From Bacilli bacterium (GTDB taxonomy: Bacteria > Bacillota_I > Bacilli_A > RF39 > UBA660): a stretch of 64,000 nt of DNA. Of the stretch, positions 51,900 to 61,711 are shown piece after piece. The notes under the pieces were generated by a model. That model saw only the letters and a list, made by a program, of their open reading frames with translations, made no database searches and was not told the DNA's origin. Both the position numbers and the translations under genes were made by a program. Location of the stretch: NCBI GenBank assembly GCA_017940575.1, contig JAGAYJ010000006.1, forward strand, positions 805 through 64,804. The letters run 5' to 3'. The first letter of the stretch is position 1. Each line of letters starts with the position of its first letter.

Positions 51900-53060
51900 C
51901 TATCTCTGAATGGGATAGTTTTTATATTCGCTTTCAATCATTTTTATTTTATCAGACTCATCTAATATAGATGCATAACAGCAAGTAGATCTAAACTCAA
52001 TATCTAACATTCTAGATTTTATATCTGAAAAATTTGTAATAATAGGTATATCAATATCATCTTTAATATCTTTAATAATGAGTCTACCATTACTATTAAA
52101 TCCAAGTACTCTAATATATTCTAGTTTATCGAATGATTCTGCTTCTTCTTTTGTAAAATTACAAAGTATATGAGTAAACATACGGTTTAGTTTATTATAA
52201 GTATATCTTTTTGTTTTAACTTTTAAAATAAGTTCATCAAGTGATTTAGATGTTACTATATATTTTTTTATTCTATTATGTATTCCTTCATCAACGGTTT
52301 GAATCAAATCTAAATTATTATTTATCATAATGTTATATTTTAATAGGTTAAAATAATTATCAATAAACATAAGTTTTTTATTTAAAAATCTAGTTGTATA
52401 TTCAGGAACAACACTAGATACATCTTCATCATTTTTAAGTGCATATCTAATACTTGTAGCACTTGAATAAAAGTCTTCTAATTCTTTAGCATTATAATCA
52501 TTATTTCTTTTAATTGTAAATGGTTTTATTTTACTTTTTTGTTTTATTATTTCTCTAATATATGTTATACCTAATATATCATTAGGTTTATCCATTTTAA
52601 TACCAGTTATATCGGTTAAAGCTTTAGATAAGGCAGTTGGATAATTAACACCTTCACTTAAATAAGCTTTAACTAAATTATCGTATTTTTTATTATTAGT
52701 TTGAACTTCTGCTAGGGTAGTTAGTTTATTTATATCATTTGATTCACTTCCAAATACTAAGTAATCTACATTTAACTTATCTAGTATTTCAATAGAGGCA
52801 CGAGCGAATATATCAGCGCCTTGGGTTGCGAAGACAAAAGGAAGCTCAACTACTAGGTCAACTCCATAATATAGAGCAATCTCAGTTTTATCCCATTTAT
52901 TTATAACAGAAACATCACCTCTTTGAGTAAAATTACCGCTCATAACAAGAACTATGTAAGCGTCTGGAAACATTTTTTTAGTTTCTTCTAAATGGTGTAA
53001 GTGCCCATTATGAAATGGATTATATTCACAAATTATTCCAACTTTTTTCAAAATAATCAC
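51900..53060 (-). CDS. tmcAL: tRNA(Met) cytidine acetate ligase (YlbM/DUF795 nucleotidyltransferase)
   Basis: GIICEYNPFHNGHLHHLEETKK...VLVMSGNFTQRGD is the TmcAL N-terminal signature. Confidence 0.8.
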   Translation of the reverse strand: MIILKKVGIICEYNPFHNGHLHHLEETKKMFPDAYIVLVMSGNFTQRGDVSVINKWDKTEIALYYGVDLVVELPFVFATQGADIFARASIEILDKLNVDYLVFGSESNDINKLTTLAEVQTNNKKYDNLVKAYLSEGVNYPTALSKALTDITGIKMDKPNDILGITYIREIIKQKSKIKPFTIKRNNDYNAKELEDFYSSATSIRYALKNDEDVSSVVPEYTTRFLNKKLMFIDNYFNLLKYNIMINNNLDLIQTVDEGIHNRIKKYIVTSKSLDELILKVKTKRYTYNKLNRMFTHILCNFTKEEAESFDKLEYIRVLGFNSNGRLIIKDIKDDIDIPIITNFSDIKSRMLDIEFRSTCCYASILDESDKIKMIESEYKNYPIQR

Positions 53061-53129
53061 CTAAACATATTATAACACATTTGCATAATTTAAAAAAATA
53101 TTATATACTTATATAGCCGAGGTGATAAA

Positions 53130-53621
53130 GTGATTATTGATATAACTAAACTAAAAAGTAATATTGTTGATAAAATAGATATTGATGAGTCTATTAATGT
53201 AGACGAAGAATTGTTAAAAGAAACAGATATAATTGAACTTAAAGATACTAGTGTTAAAGGATTTATTACTAAGGATGACTTAAATAGTTACAATTTAAAT
53301 GTAATCATATCTGGAACTATGGTTTTACCTTGTTCAGTATCACTTAAACCAACAAACTATGATTTTTCATGTTCAATAGATGAAAATATAGAAGAATTAC
53401 TTGAAGAATTAGGAAAAACTTTAAAAAATAGCGAAAATACTATTGATATTTTTCCAATAATATGGGAAAATATATTAATGGAAATTCCCATGCATATCGT
53501 TAATGAAGATATTCATGATGTGAAATTATCAGGCGATGGATGGAGAGTTATAACTGAGGTAGAAGATGATTCTGAATCAGTAAATCCAGAACTACAAAAA
53601 CTAAAAGATTTATTAAAATGA
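53130..53621 (+). CDS. yceD: YceD-family (DUF177) protein
   Basis: 163 aa with an acidic C-terminus, immediately upstream of rpmF (conserved yceD-rpmF pair). GTG start after GAGGTG. Confidence 0.7.
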   Translation: MIIDITKLKSNIVDKIDIDESINVDEELLKETDIIELKDTSVKGFITKDDLNSYNLNVIISGTMVLPCSVSLKPTNYDFSCSIDENIEELLEELGKTLKNSENTIDIFPIIWENILMEIPMHIVNEDIHDVKLSGDGWRVITEVEDDSESVNPELQKLKDLLK

Positions 53622-53637
53622 AAAGCGAGGTGTTAAT

Positions 53638-53820
53638 ATGGCAGTACCATTTAGAAGAGTTTCTAAAACTAGAGGTAGAAAAAGAAGAACACATTACAAT
53701 ATAAGTGCTAATACAACTACAACTTGTCCTAAATGTGGAGCAACTGTAAAACCACATAGAGTTTGTAAGGCTTGTGGAACTTATAAAGGAAAAGAAGTTG
53801 TTACTAAAGAAGCAGAATAA
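53638..53820 (+). CDS. rpmF: 50S ribosomal protein L32
   Basis: [20 protein letters not shown]...CPKCG...[15 protein letters not shown]. Confidence 0.95.
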   Translation: MAVPFRRVSKTRGRKRRTHYNISANTTTTCPKCGATVKPHRVCKACGTYKGKEVVTKEAE

Positions 53821-53865
53821 TTGCTTTTTTTTTTATAATAATATATAATTATTCTAGGTGATAAT

Positions 53866-54225
53866 ATGAAAAAAGGCTTTACACTTGTTGAGTTAGTTGC
53901 AGTAGTTGCATTACTTGGAGTTTTACTTTTATTTTCTTATTCTAAAGTATCTGATATTGCTGAGAAAAAGAATAAAGAATTATTTGAAAATAAAAAGACT
54001 TTAGTTATTAATGCTACAAAAGATTATATTAGTAATACAAATAGTTTAAGTCAAAATATTGGTGATGTTCATTGTATTGAAATAGAAACATTGGAAGATG
54101 AAAACTTAATTCCTGTTGATATAGAGGATTTAAAGAAAAAGTATAATTATGTAAAAGTAATAATCGGATCTAAGAATAGCTATAATTTGGTTAACTTTAA
54201 TAGCAAAGCATCTTGTGAAAGTTAA
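53866..54225 (+). CDS. Type IV pilin/pseudopilin with canonical prepilin cleavage-methylation motif (ComGC-like)
   Basis: MKKG|FTLVELVAVVALLGVLLLF gives a G at -1, F at +1 and E at +5. Confidence 0.75.
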   Translation: MKKGFTLVELVAVVALLGVLLLFSYSKVSDIAEKKNKELFENKKTLVINATKDYISNTNSLSQNIGDVHCIEIETLEDENLIPVDIEDLKKKYNYVKVIIGSKNSYNLVNFNSKASCES

Positions 54226-54244
54226 TAATGGAAATATTTAGAAG

Positions 54245-54273
54245 TTGAAAAATAAAAAATATAATGCTATAAT
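54245..54273 (+). promoter_or_regulatory. Consensus sigma-A promoter driving the candidate small RNA
   Basis: TTGAAA (54245-50), 17-nt spacer, TATAAT (54268-73). Confidence 0.6.
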
Positions 54274-54279
54274 GAAATT

Positions 54280-54442
54280 GTCAAAGATAAGTATAAAAAA
54301 ACCGACACTTTATGCGATTGGTAATCTAATTCATGGAGGTTGTTGAAGACCTAGATTTATCTAGGGATCCTGAAATTCATGATGTGATGACCACCTGGTT
54401 AGACAGGTTTTATCGTACTTGCTTATCTTTGACTTTTTTTTT
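54280..54442 (+). ncRNA. Candidate structured small RNA (~160 nt; 6S-like architecture, or a cis-acting leader of ftsK)
   Basis: The 5' end gtcaaagataag (54280-91) pairs perfectly with cttatctttgac (54422-33), followed by T9. There is an internal perfect hairpin cctagat/atctagg (54350-65) and further arm complementarity (aaaacc/ggtttt, ggaggt/accacc). No plausible ORF on the + strand. Confidence 0.5.
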
Positions 54443-54484
54443 GTCTTAAAATATGTTATAATTCTTATATAATAGAGGTGGGTT

Positions 54485-56671
54485 ATGGCAAAGAAAAAAA
54501 AGAGAAAAAGTGAAAAAAAAGAAAAGACATATAGTTTTGAACTTATTGGTCTTTTAGTTATTTTAATTGGCTTAATCGGTATTATTCCAAATACAGGAGT
54601 AGTTGGTAATTTTATAAGTAATTTCGCATCATTCTTAGTTGGAACTTGGTATAATGTTTTACTTATAATAGTTATAATTGTAGGAATATATATGGTAATT
54701 AAAAGATGCAAACCTGATTTTTTTAATTCTAAGATAGTAGGTATGTATTTATTTATAATAAGTATTTTAGTATTATCACATTTAGAATATATTAAAAGTG
54801 GTAAATTAGAAGGTTTTAATATTATAACTGAGACAATAAATAACTTTATGGCTTCTAGTACTCTTTCTAAAACAAGTATGGGTGGTGGAGTTATTGGAGC
54901 AGTATTTTCTAGTATATTTTTATGGTTATTTGACCTTAAAGGAACACATATTGTAACTTGGGCTTTATTTATAATAGGTGTTATTATGTTTACTGGATTT
55001 TCTATTTATGATGTAATAAGAGCATGTACAAATAAAATTAAAGATAATGCTAGTAAACTAAAAGCATCTGATAAAGAAGAAATCAAAGTTAAACAAGAAA
55101 AATATGAAAATGATACTGATAACAAAGTAGTATATGGTTCAATAGAAGAGCTAATTCATAAAGATGATGCGCCAGTTGTAAAAGAAGAAGAGGTAGAAGA
55201 AGTAGTTGAAAATGATTATGTTGGATATCATTTACCTGAGATAAAAATATTAAATGAGCCAACACGTAAAAAGAATAAAGAAAGTACTGAGACAATTAAT
55301 CATAATGTAGAAGTATTACATCAAGTATTTAGTGACTTTGATATAAGTGGTAAAGTAGTTGCTATTAACCCAGGGCCTACTGTAACACAATATGAAATGG
55401 AAGTTAAATCAGGTACAAGACTTAATAAAATACTTTCTATTCATAGTGAAATAGCACTTGCACTTGCTGCAAAAGATGTTAGAATTGAAGCACCAATTCC
55501 TGGTAAAAGTACAATTGGTATAGAAATACCTAATAAGGTATCTTCAATGGTTACAGTAAGAGAAGTATTAGAGACTGTTCCAAAGAATTTAAAAGATTCA
55601 AAATTACTTGTTACTCTAGGTAAAGATATAATGGGTAAACCAGTATGGACTGAAATTAATAAAACACCTCATTTACTTGTTGCTGGATCAACTGGTTCTG
55701 GTAAATCAGTATGTATCAATAGTATTATAGTCTCACTATTAATGCGTTCTAAACCAAATGAAGTAAAACTAGTACTTGTTGATCCTAAAAAAGTAGAACT
55801 ATCTATGTATGAAGATATTCCACATTTACTAACACCAGTTGTTACTAATCCAAAAAAAGCTAATGAAATTCTTAAAAAATTAGTAGAAGAGATGGAAAAT
55901 AGATATGAAAGGTTTAAAGATACTGGTACTAAGAATATAGCTGGATATAATGCTTATATTGAAAAGAAAAATCAAACATCTGAGACTAAACAAGCTAAAA
56001 TGCCATATATTGTAATTATAATAGATGAGTTAGCTGACTTAATGCTTGTTGCTGCTAAAGAAGTAGAAGATTCAATTATGCGTATTACACAAATGGCTAG
56101 AGCTGCAGGAATGCATTTGATTGTAGCAACTCAAAGACCATCTACAGATGTAATTACAGGTGTTGTAAAAGCAAATATTCCATCACGTATTTCATTTGCT
56201 GTTTCATCAAGCATTGACTCAAGAACTATTCTTGATATGGTAGGAGCCGAAAAACTTCTTGGTAAAGGAGATATGTTATTTTTACCACAAGGTGAAAATA
56301 CTCCAATACGTATTCAAGGTACATTCATAGATGATGATGAAATTAAAAAGGTAGTTGACTATGTAAAACATGAGCAACCTGCAAGTTATGATAAAAGAAT
56401 GGAGTCAGATGAAGAGAAAGGCGCTACTACATTAGTAGGCGGTGAGTCTGATGCTAAAGAAGAACCTTTATATAATGAAATAGTTGAGTTTGTTGTAGAA
56501 CAAGGAAAAGCAAGTTCTTCATTAATTCAAAGAAGATTTAGATTAGGTTATAATAGAGCAGCTAGAATTATGGATTTACTTGAGGAAAGAGGTATAGTTG
56601 GACCTGCAACAGGATCAAGTAAACCAAGAGAAGTTTTAGTTGGAATTAATAAAAATAATGAAGATGAATAA
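54485..56671 (+). CDS. ftsK: DNA translocase FtsK/SpoIIIE
   Basis: N-terminal TMs. Walker A VAGSTGSGKSVCIN. Walker B IVIIIDELADLM. Also ATQRPSTDVITG. C-terminal gamma winged helix (SSLIQRRFRLGYNRAARIMDLLEERGIVGP). Confidence 0.9.
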   Translation: MAKKKKRKSEKKEKTYSFELIGLLVILIGLIGIIPNTGVVGNFISNFASFLVGTWYNVLLIIVIIVGIYMVIKRCKPDFFNSKIVGMYLFIISILVLSHLEYIKSGKLEGFNIITETINNFMASSTLSKTSMGGGVIGAVFSSIFLWLFDLKGTHIVTWALFIIGVIMFTGFSIYDVIRACTNKIKDNASKLKASDKEEIKVKQEKYENDTDNKVVYGSIEELIHKDDAPVVKEEEVEEVVENDYVGYHLPEIKILNEPTRKKNKESTETINHNVEVLHQVFSDFDISGKVVAINPGPTVTQYEMEVKSGTRLNKILSIHSEIALALAAKDVRIEAPIPGKSTIGIEIPNKVSSMVTVREVLETVPKNLKDSKLLVTLGKDIMGKPVWTEINKTPHLLVAGSTGSGKSVCINSIIVSLLMRSKPNEVKLVLVDPKKVELSMYEDIPHLLTPVVTNPKKANEILKKLVEEMENRYERFKDTGTKNIAGYNAYIEKKNQTSETKQAKMPYIVIIIDELADLMLVAAKEVEDSIMRITQMARAAGMHLIVATQRPSTDVITGVVKANIPSRISFAVSSSIDSRTILDMVGAEKLLGKGDMLFLPQGENTPIRIQGTFIDDDEIKKVVDYVKHEQPASYDKRMESDEEKGATTLVGGESDAKEEPLYNEIVEFVVEQGKASSSLIQRRFRLGYNRAARIMDLLEERGIVGPATGSSKPREVLVGINKNNEDE

Positions 56672-56731
56672 ATGCTTGAAAATATTTAAATATTTGATAT
56701 AATTTATATAGAATAAGATAGGAGGTTAAAT

Positions 56732-57346
56732 ATGGATAATAAAGATTTTGATGAAATTGAAGATATATTTGACGATGATATTGAAGAAAACTACGATGTT
56801 CCAGTATTTGAACCACAAGCTAGTGATGTAGATATGGCTGATTCAGTAAATGATGAGGTTCCTTCTGTAGATACAGTTAATCAAGTAGATGAGGTTCCAG
56901 TATATGAAAACATTGCATCACCAGAAACTTTAGAAAGCAAAATGGTTAACGAAGAAGTAGAAACTCCAATATTTGAGGGAACAATATCAAGTGATTCAAA
57001 TACTATGAATGAAGATACTATAAATGGAGATTCTTCGTTAGAAGAAAATATTGAAGTTACTCCAGTACAACCTGAACCAGTTTACGAAGATACAACTGTT
57101 GATAATGAAGTAAGCTATGGTCCAGTTGCGTTAGAACCAGCTTATAGTACTGAAGTTAATGAACATCCAACTGCAGTAGTTTCTTTAAACAATAATTATG
57201 AAGAGGAAAACGAAAATGTAAAATTAGAAGATATTCCAAATATTAAATTAAGTGATAATAAATCATTAAAGTTTGTACTTATAATTGGAATTATTATTTT
57301 TGTTGCAATTATGTTACTTCCACTTTTAAACAAATTCAGTATATAA
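56732..57346 (+). CDS. Acidic, low-complexity protein with a C-terminal TM anchor
   Basis: D/E/V/N-rich for 170 aa, then LKFVLIIGIIIFVAIMLLPLL. Confidence 0.5.
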   Translation: MDNKDFDEIEDIFDDDIEENYDVPVFEPQASDVDMADSVNDEVPSVDTVNQVDEVPVYENIASPETLESKMVNEEVETPIFEGTISSDSNTMNEDTINGDSSLEENIEVTPVQPEPVYEDTTVDNEVSYGPVALEPAYSTEVNEHPTAVVSLNNNYEEENENVKLEDIPNIKLSDNKSLKFVLIIGIIIFVAIMLLPLLNKFSI

Positions 57347-57371
57347 TAAAACTACACAAAAGTGTAGTTTT

Positions 57372-57674
57372 TTAATCTATTACAGATAGTCTAATTATCT
57401 CATCCATATTATCATCATTTAAAGTTATATTTTTATGTATCTCACCACATTTAGAACACTTATAAATAATTTTATATTTATCTTTAAACTTTTCAATTCC
57501 AATAGGTATCATTAAACCACGACAAGTATTTAATCTATCACCTGGATTAATATCTAGATGTTTTGAATATAGACAGTATGGACAATGATCTCTTGCAGTA
57601 TACATAGCTTTCTTAACATTCATTCCACAATTCTCACAAATAAAATTTTCATCAATCATATTAAAAACTTTCAT
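57372..57674 (-). CDS. RNHCP-domain zinc-ribbon protein
   Basis: FICENCG...RDHCPYCLYSKHLD...CRGLM...CSKCG matches the RNHCP domain pattern. Confidence 0.7.
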   Translation of the reverse strand: MKVFNMIDENFICENCGMNVKKAMYTARDHCPYCLYSKHLDINPGDRLNTCRGLMIPIGIEKFKDKYKIIYKCSKCGEIHKNITLNDDNMDEIIRLSVID

Positions 57675-57753
57675 AAAATCACCTTCAAGCTATTAAAATT
57701 ATACCATAAAATAATAAATATATGATATAATAATTGTACTTGGATGTGATAAT

Positions 57754-58479
57754 ATGGAATATGTTGTAACAATTGATAATTTCGATGGTCCACTTGATTT
57801 ATTACTTCATTTAATAAAGAAAATGGATATTGATATAAATGAAGTTAGCATAGAAGAGATTACTAAACAATATTTAAACTACATAAATACTATGAAAGAG
57901 ATGAACCTAGATATAGCAAGTGAGTATTTAGTAATGGCTTCAGAGTTAATGGAGATCAAGTCTATATCATTACTTCCTAAATCACATATTGAAGAAGATG
58001 AATATGTAGAAGATCCAAAAGAAACTTTAATAAAAAGATTAATAGAATATAGAAAATATAAAGAACTTGTTCCAAGTTTCCAAGATTTAGAAGATGAAAG
58101 AAAGAAAGAGTATACAAAGAGCCCTAGTGATTTATCTGAGTTTAAAGTGGTTGACGAAGAGATTGATTTAGGTGATTTATCTCTTGATGATTTAATGAAT
58201 GCCTTTAAAGATTTCTTAAAAAGAAAAGAATTAGAAAAACCACTTAATACAAAAATAACAAAACGTGAATATTCAGTAAAAAAACGTAATAATGAGATTA
58301 GAGATATATTAAAGAAAAAGAAAAAAATAGAATTTGAAGAATTATTTGATATAATGAGTAAAGATTATATCGTTGTTACATTTTTATCAATTCTAGATCT
58401 TGCTCGTAAACAAGATTTATGTATTAAACAAGATGATAATTTTAAAAAGATTTATTTAAGCTTAAGGGAAAGTGATTAA
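57754..58479 (+). CDS. scpA: Segregation and condensation protein A
   Basis: FDGPLDLLLHLIKKMDIDINEVSIEEITKQYLNYI. Followed by scpB. Confidence 0.9.
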   Translation: MEYVVTIDNFDGPLDLLLHLIKKMDIDINEVSIEEITKQYLNYINTMKEMNLDIASEYLVMASELMEIKSISLLPKSHIEEDEYVEDPKETLIKRLIEYRKYKELVPSFQDLEDERKKEYTKSPSDLSEFKVVDEEIDLGDLSLDDLMNAFKDFLKRKELEKPLNTKITKREYSVKKRNNEIRDILKKKKKIEFEELFDIMSKDYIVVTFLSILDLARKQDLCIKQDDNFKKIYLSLRESD

Positions 58480-59041
58480 TATGAATTTAACAGCTGTAAT
58501 AGAAGGTATACTTTTTTTAAAAGGTAATGAAGGAATAAGTGTTGAAGAGTTAAAAGAAATACTTAATGTTGATGAGCCAACTTTAGTTCCTTACCTAGAT
58601 ACTTTAAAAAAAATGTATGAAGAACCTAATAGAGGACTTAAAATAGATTACTTAGGTGGTAGGTTAAAACTAACTACTAAAAAAGAACATAAAGAATATT
58701 ATGAGAAATTAACAGAAGAAGAAATTTCATCAACTCTTTCTCCAGCTGCACTTGAGGCACTTGTAATTATTGCTTATAATCAGCCAATAACACGTATTAA
58801 AGTAGATGAGATTAGAGGTGTATCAAGCCAACACCTAGTTAGAAAATTACTTCTTAAAGGATTAATTAAAGAAGTTGGAAAAAGTGATCAACCAGGTAGA
58901 CCTAATTTATATGGAACAACTAGTGAATTTCTAGATTACTTTGGACTTAAAACCATTAATGACTTACCTAAAATTGAAGAACCTGAAAGTTTAGATGAAG
59001 AGACAAATTTATTTGAATCAAAATATACAGAAACATTGTAA
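58472..59041 (+). CDS. scpB: Segregation and condensation protein B
   Basis: IEGILFLKGNEGISVEEL...LSPAALEALVIIAYNQPITRIKVDEIRGV...GRPNLYGTTSEFLDYFGL. Confidence 0.9.
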   Translation: MINMNLTAVIEGILFLKGNEGISVEELKEILNVDEPTLVPYLDTLKKMYEEPNRGLKIDYLGGRLKLTTKKEHKEYYEKLTEEEISSTLSPAALEALVIIAYNQPITRIKVDEIRGVSSQHLVRKLLLKGLIKEVGKSDQPGRPNLYGTTSEFLDYFGLKTINDLPKIEEPESLDEETNLFESKYTETL

Positions 59042-59074
59042 AAAGTATTATAATTTGTTATAATGCTTTTAGAT

Positions 59075-59158
59075 GCTCGCATGGCGGAACTGGTAGACGC
59101 GCACGACTCAAAATCGTGTAACTATGTTGTGAGAGTTCGATTCTCTCTGCGAGCACCA
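59075..59158 (+). tRNA. tRNA-Leu (anticodon CAA), CCA encoded
   Basis: Acceptor stem gctcgca/tgcgagc. D-arm GGCGGAACTGGTAGACGC. Anticodon loop CT-CAA-AA. Long variable arm. T-arm GTTCGATTC. 3' ACCA. Confidence 0.9.
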
Positions 59159-59170
59159 TTTATATAATTT

Positions 59171-59197
59171 AAAGAACTTTTCAAAAGTTCTTTTTTC
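59171..59197 (+). terminator. Rho-independent terminator after tRNA-Leu
   Basis: aaagaactttt-c-aaaagttcttt followed by a T-run. Confidence 0.6.
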
Positions 59198-59272
59198 TTT
59201 ACATATACTATACAAAAAGTATTTTTCAAAAAAAATAATTATGATATACTTTATGTAGAATAGGTGATAATG

Positions 59273-59779
59273 ATGAATAATTTTGAAAATGTAGATTTAA
59301 CTTATTACGGAGAAGATATCTTTATAAATAATAATAAAGAGTATCATGCTATGCAGGATAAAATAAAAAAATATCTACAATTTATTGTTGATACAATATT
59401 AGATAATGAACTTCAAACTAAAAGTATAGAAGCTAATCAGTTTGTATTAGATTTAATGGATGTTATTGAAAATATATCGAGTGTTAAAAATTATGATGGT
59501 AGTATAAATAAAATAATTGTATCTGATAAATATATAATTTTTGATTATTTTAAAATTGTTGATGATGAAAAAGTATTTAAAAAAGTGATAATTGATAAAG
59601 AAACAAATGATTTTAATTTTATAGATGATAATTTACTTACAACTTATTGCTTTTCAAGTGATGGCATTTCTAAAGAAGTATATGAAATGTCTGATTCAAT
59701 ATATATGCTAAATGATGATACTATTAAAGAATCAATAGCTGATATAAAGGATATTACTATTTCTAGAAAAGCAGTTTAA
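59273..59779 (+). CDS. Hypothetical protein
   Basis: ORF with AGGTGA upstream. The start is ambiguous (59264 GTG, 59270 or 59273 ATG). Confidence 0.5.
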   Translation: MNNFENVDLTYYGEDIFINNNKEYHAMQDKIKKYLQFIVDTILDNELQTKSIEANQFVLDLMDVIENISSVKNYDGSINKIIVSDKYIIFDYFKIVDDEKVFKKVIIDKETNDFNFIDDNLLTTYCFSSDGISKEVYEMSDSIYMLNDDTIKESIADIKDITISRKAV

Positions 59780-59789
59780 AGGAGATTGC

Positions 59790-60275
59790 ATGAATTTTAT
59801 ATTCACTGAAGTTAAGATGGGAAAAATTAAATGTACAAAAGAATATAATGAAGTAATTGGAACTAATTCGATTGCATCTTGTATAGGTGTTCTTTTATAT
59901 GATAAACTAAATAAAAAAGCTATTGTTGGCCACTTTAATTCAAATGAATATGGTGGTTATGAAGAAGAAGATGCTAAAAGAATATTTGAGTGCTTAATTT
60001 ATAATATGAAAATTAATAATTTCAGTAATGATGTAAGTTATTTAATTGTTCCAGGCATTGTTGGAAATAAAGATAGAATATCTATAGTTGCTTTAGAGCT
60101 TGAAAACAATTTATCCAATTTTGAAAAAATGAATATAGATAACAGTTCTATTAGAATGCATGATAAAACAGAATCATTAGAATTTGTTTTTGATCCGATT
60201 AATAATGTATTTTTAACAGATAAGTATTATCCAAATGATAATGATTATATAGTAGATACAAAGAAGCTTAAATAG
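59790..60275 (+). CDS. Hypothetical protein (weak CheD-like N-terminal resemblance only)
   Basis: GTNSIASCIGVLLYDKLNKKAIVGHF loosely resembles the CheD Cys/His region. Not enough for a functional call. Confidence 0.45.
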   Translation: MNFIFTEVKMGKIKCTKEYNEVIGTNSIASCIGVLLYDKLNKKAIVGHFNSNEYGGYEEEDAKRIFECLIYNMKINNFSNDVSYLIVPGIVGNKDRISIVALELENNLSNFEKMNIDNSSIRMHDKTESLEFVFDPINNVFLTDKYYPNDNDYIVDTKKLK

Positions 60276-60360
60276 CTTCTTTTTTCACGTAATTTTCATA
60301 ATTCTTACAAATATTTCACATTTTAAGAAATTATAATGATGTCAGAAAGGAAGAAAAAGT

Positions 60361-61056
60361 ATGATTGAAACATTTAGAAGAACAGAAAAAAAATTCATTT
60401 TAACAGAGGAACAATATAAAAAACTTCTAGATAAAATTAGAGATAGAATTTATAAAGATCCTTACTATAAAAGTACAATTTGTAATATATATTTTGATAC
60501 AGATAATTATGACTTGATTATAAATTCTATTGAAAAACCTATATATAAAGAAAAAGTTAGATTAAGAAGTTATAATGTTCCAACTCTTAATGATGAAGTA
60601 TTTTTAGAGATAAAGAAAAAATATAAAGGTGTTGTTGGAAAAAGAAGAATCACATTGAAATTAAAAGATTTCTATAATTATATAGAAAAAGGAATTATAC
60701 CTAATTGTAATAGTCAGATAATGAATGAGATTGACTATTGCTTTAAAAATTATAAACTAAAACCAGTTATGTTTTTAGCTTATGATAGATTATCATATTA
60801 TGATAAAGATGATAAAAACTTTAGAATAACGATTGACCAAAATATAAGAAGTAGAGAGAATAATTTAAAACTAGAAAAAGGAGATAAAGGAGATTTATAC
60901 TTTAAGGATAATGTTTATATAATGGAAGCTAAAGCTTTAAACTCATATCCATTATGGTTTATAAAAACATTATCAGAACTTAAAATATATTCAACATCAT
61001 TTTCCAAATATGGAAATATTTATAGTAAAAAGATAGGAGATGGTAATTATGTTTAA
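60361..61056 (+). CDS. VTC-domain (CYTH-like, polyphosphate polymerase domain) protein
   Basis: RTEKKFILTEEQYKKLL...YFDT...KVRLRSY...LEIKKKYKG...R matches the bacterial VTC-domain pattern. Confidence 0.7.
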   Translation: MIETFRRTEKKFILTEEQYKKLLDKIRDRIYKDPYYKSTICNIYFDTDNYDLIINSIEKPIYKEKVRLRSYNVPTLNDEVFLEIKKKYKGVVGKRRITLKLKDFYNYIEKGIIPNCNSQIMNEIDYCFKNYKLKPVMFLAYDRLSYYDKDDKNFRITIDQNIRSRENNLKLEKGDKGDLYFKDNVYIMEAKALNSYPLWFIKTLSELKIYSTSFSKYGNIYSKKIGDGNYV

Positions 61057-61711
61057 TAGTATTATAGGAACTAGTATAACAATAGAAAATTTTATTATAT
61101 GTTTAATTACTTCATTTATTTTGGGTCTTGTTGTATCAATTGTTCACATTAAGACTTGCAAATCTAACAAAAACTTTATATCAACACTCGCAATACTTCC
61201 AATGTTAGTTACAATGGTAATACTTCTTGTAAATGGTAATTTAGGTACAAGTGTTGCTATTGTAGGTGCATTTTCTCTAGTTAGATTTAGAAGTATTCCT
61301 GGTAATTCAAAGGAAATATTAAATGTATTTTTTGTAATGGCTATAGGTTTAGCTTGTGGTACTGGATATATAGGATATGCTTTAGTATTTACACTTATTA
61401 CAGCACTTATTTCATTAATACTTAACCTAATTAATTTTGGTGATAGAAGTAATAATGATAAAGTACTTAAAATATTAATTCCAGAGAATTTAGACTATAC
61501 AAATGCATTTAACGATATATTTGAAAAATACTTAAAAAGCTATGAATTAATTCAATCAAAGACAACTAATATGGGAAGTTTATTTGAACTCACATATAGC
61601 GTTGATGTAAAACAGGATATGAATGAAAAAAAATTTATTGATGAGATAAGATGTAGAAATGGTAATTTAAAAATATCACTTTCTCATCCCTTAACAGGAG
61701 GTGAATTATAA
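61049..61711 (+). CDS. DUF4956-type membrane protein
   Basis: Three or four TM with GAFSLVRFRS motif. Conserved partner of VTC-domain genes. I prefer ATG 61049 (GGAG 9 nt upstream). Confidence 0.65.
   Translation: MFNSIIGTSITIENFIICLITSFILGLVVSIVHIKTCKSNKNFISTLAILPMLVTMVILLVNGNLGTSVAIVGAFSLVRFRSIPGNSKEILNVFFVMAIGLACGTGYIGYALVFTLITALISLILNLINFGDRSNNDKVLKILIPENLDYTNAFNDIFEKYLKSYELIQSKTTNMGSLFELTYSVDVKQDMNEKKFIDEIRCRNGNLKISLSHPLTGGEL

Noticed and set aside
54280-54442. Possibility that the structured RNA is SRP RNA (ffs/scRNA)
   Set aside because: I could not find the conserved domain IV features: a GNAR tetraloop flanked by the GGAAGCAGC-type symmetric loop. The candidate tetraloop UGAA is not closed by complementary bases. 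It is left as a 6S-like or unknown candidate.
54361-54711. 116-aa - strand ORF spanning the candidate sRNA and the ftsK start
   Set aside because: It is antisense to the ftsK N-terminus and low-complexity. The region is better explained by a promoter-RNA-terminator unit plus ftsK.
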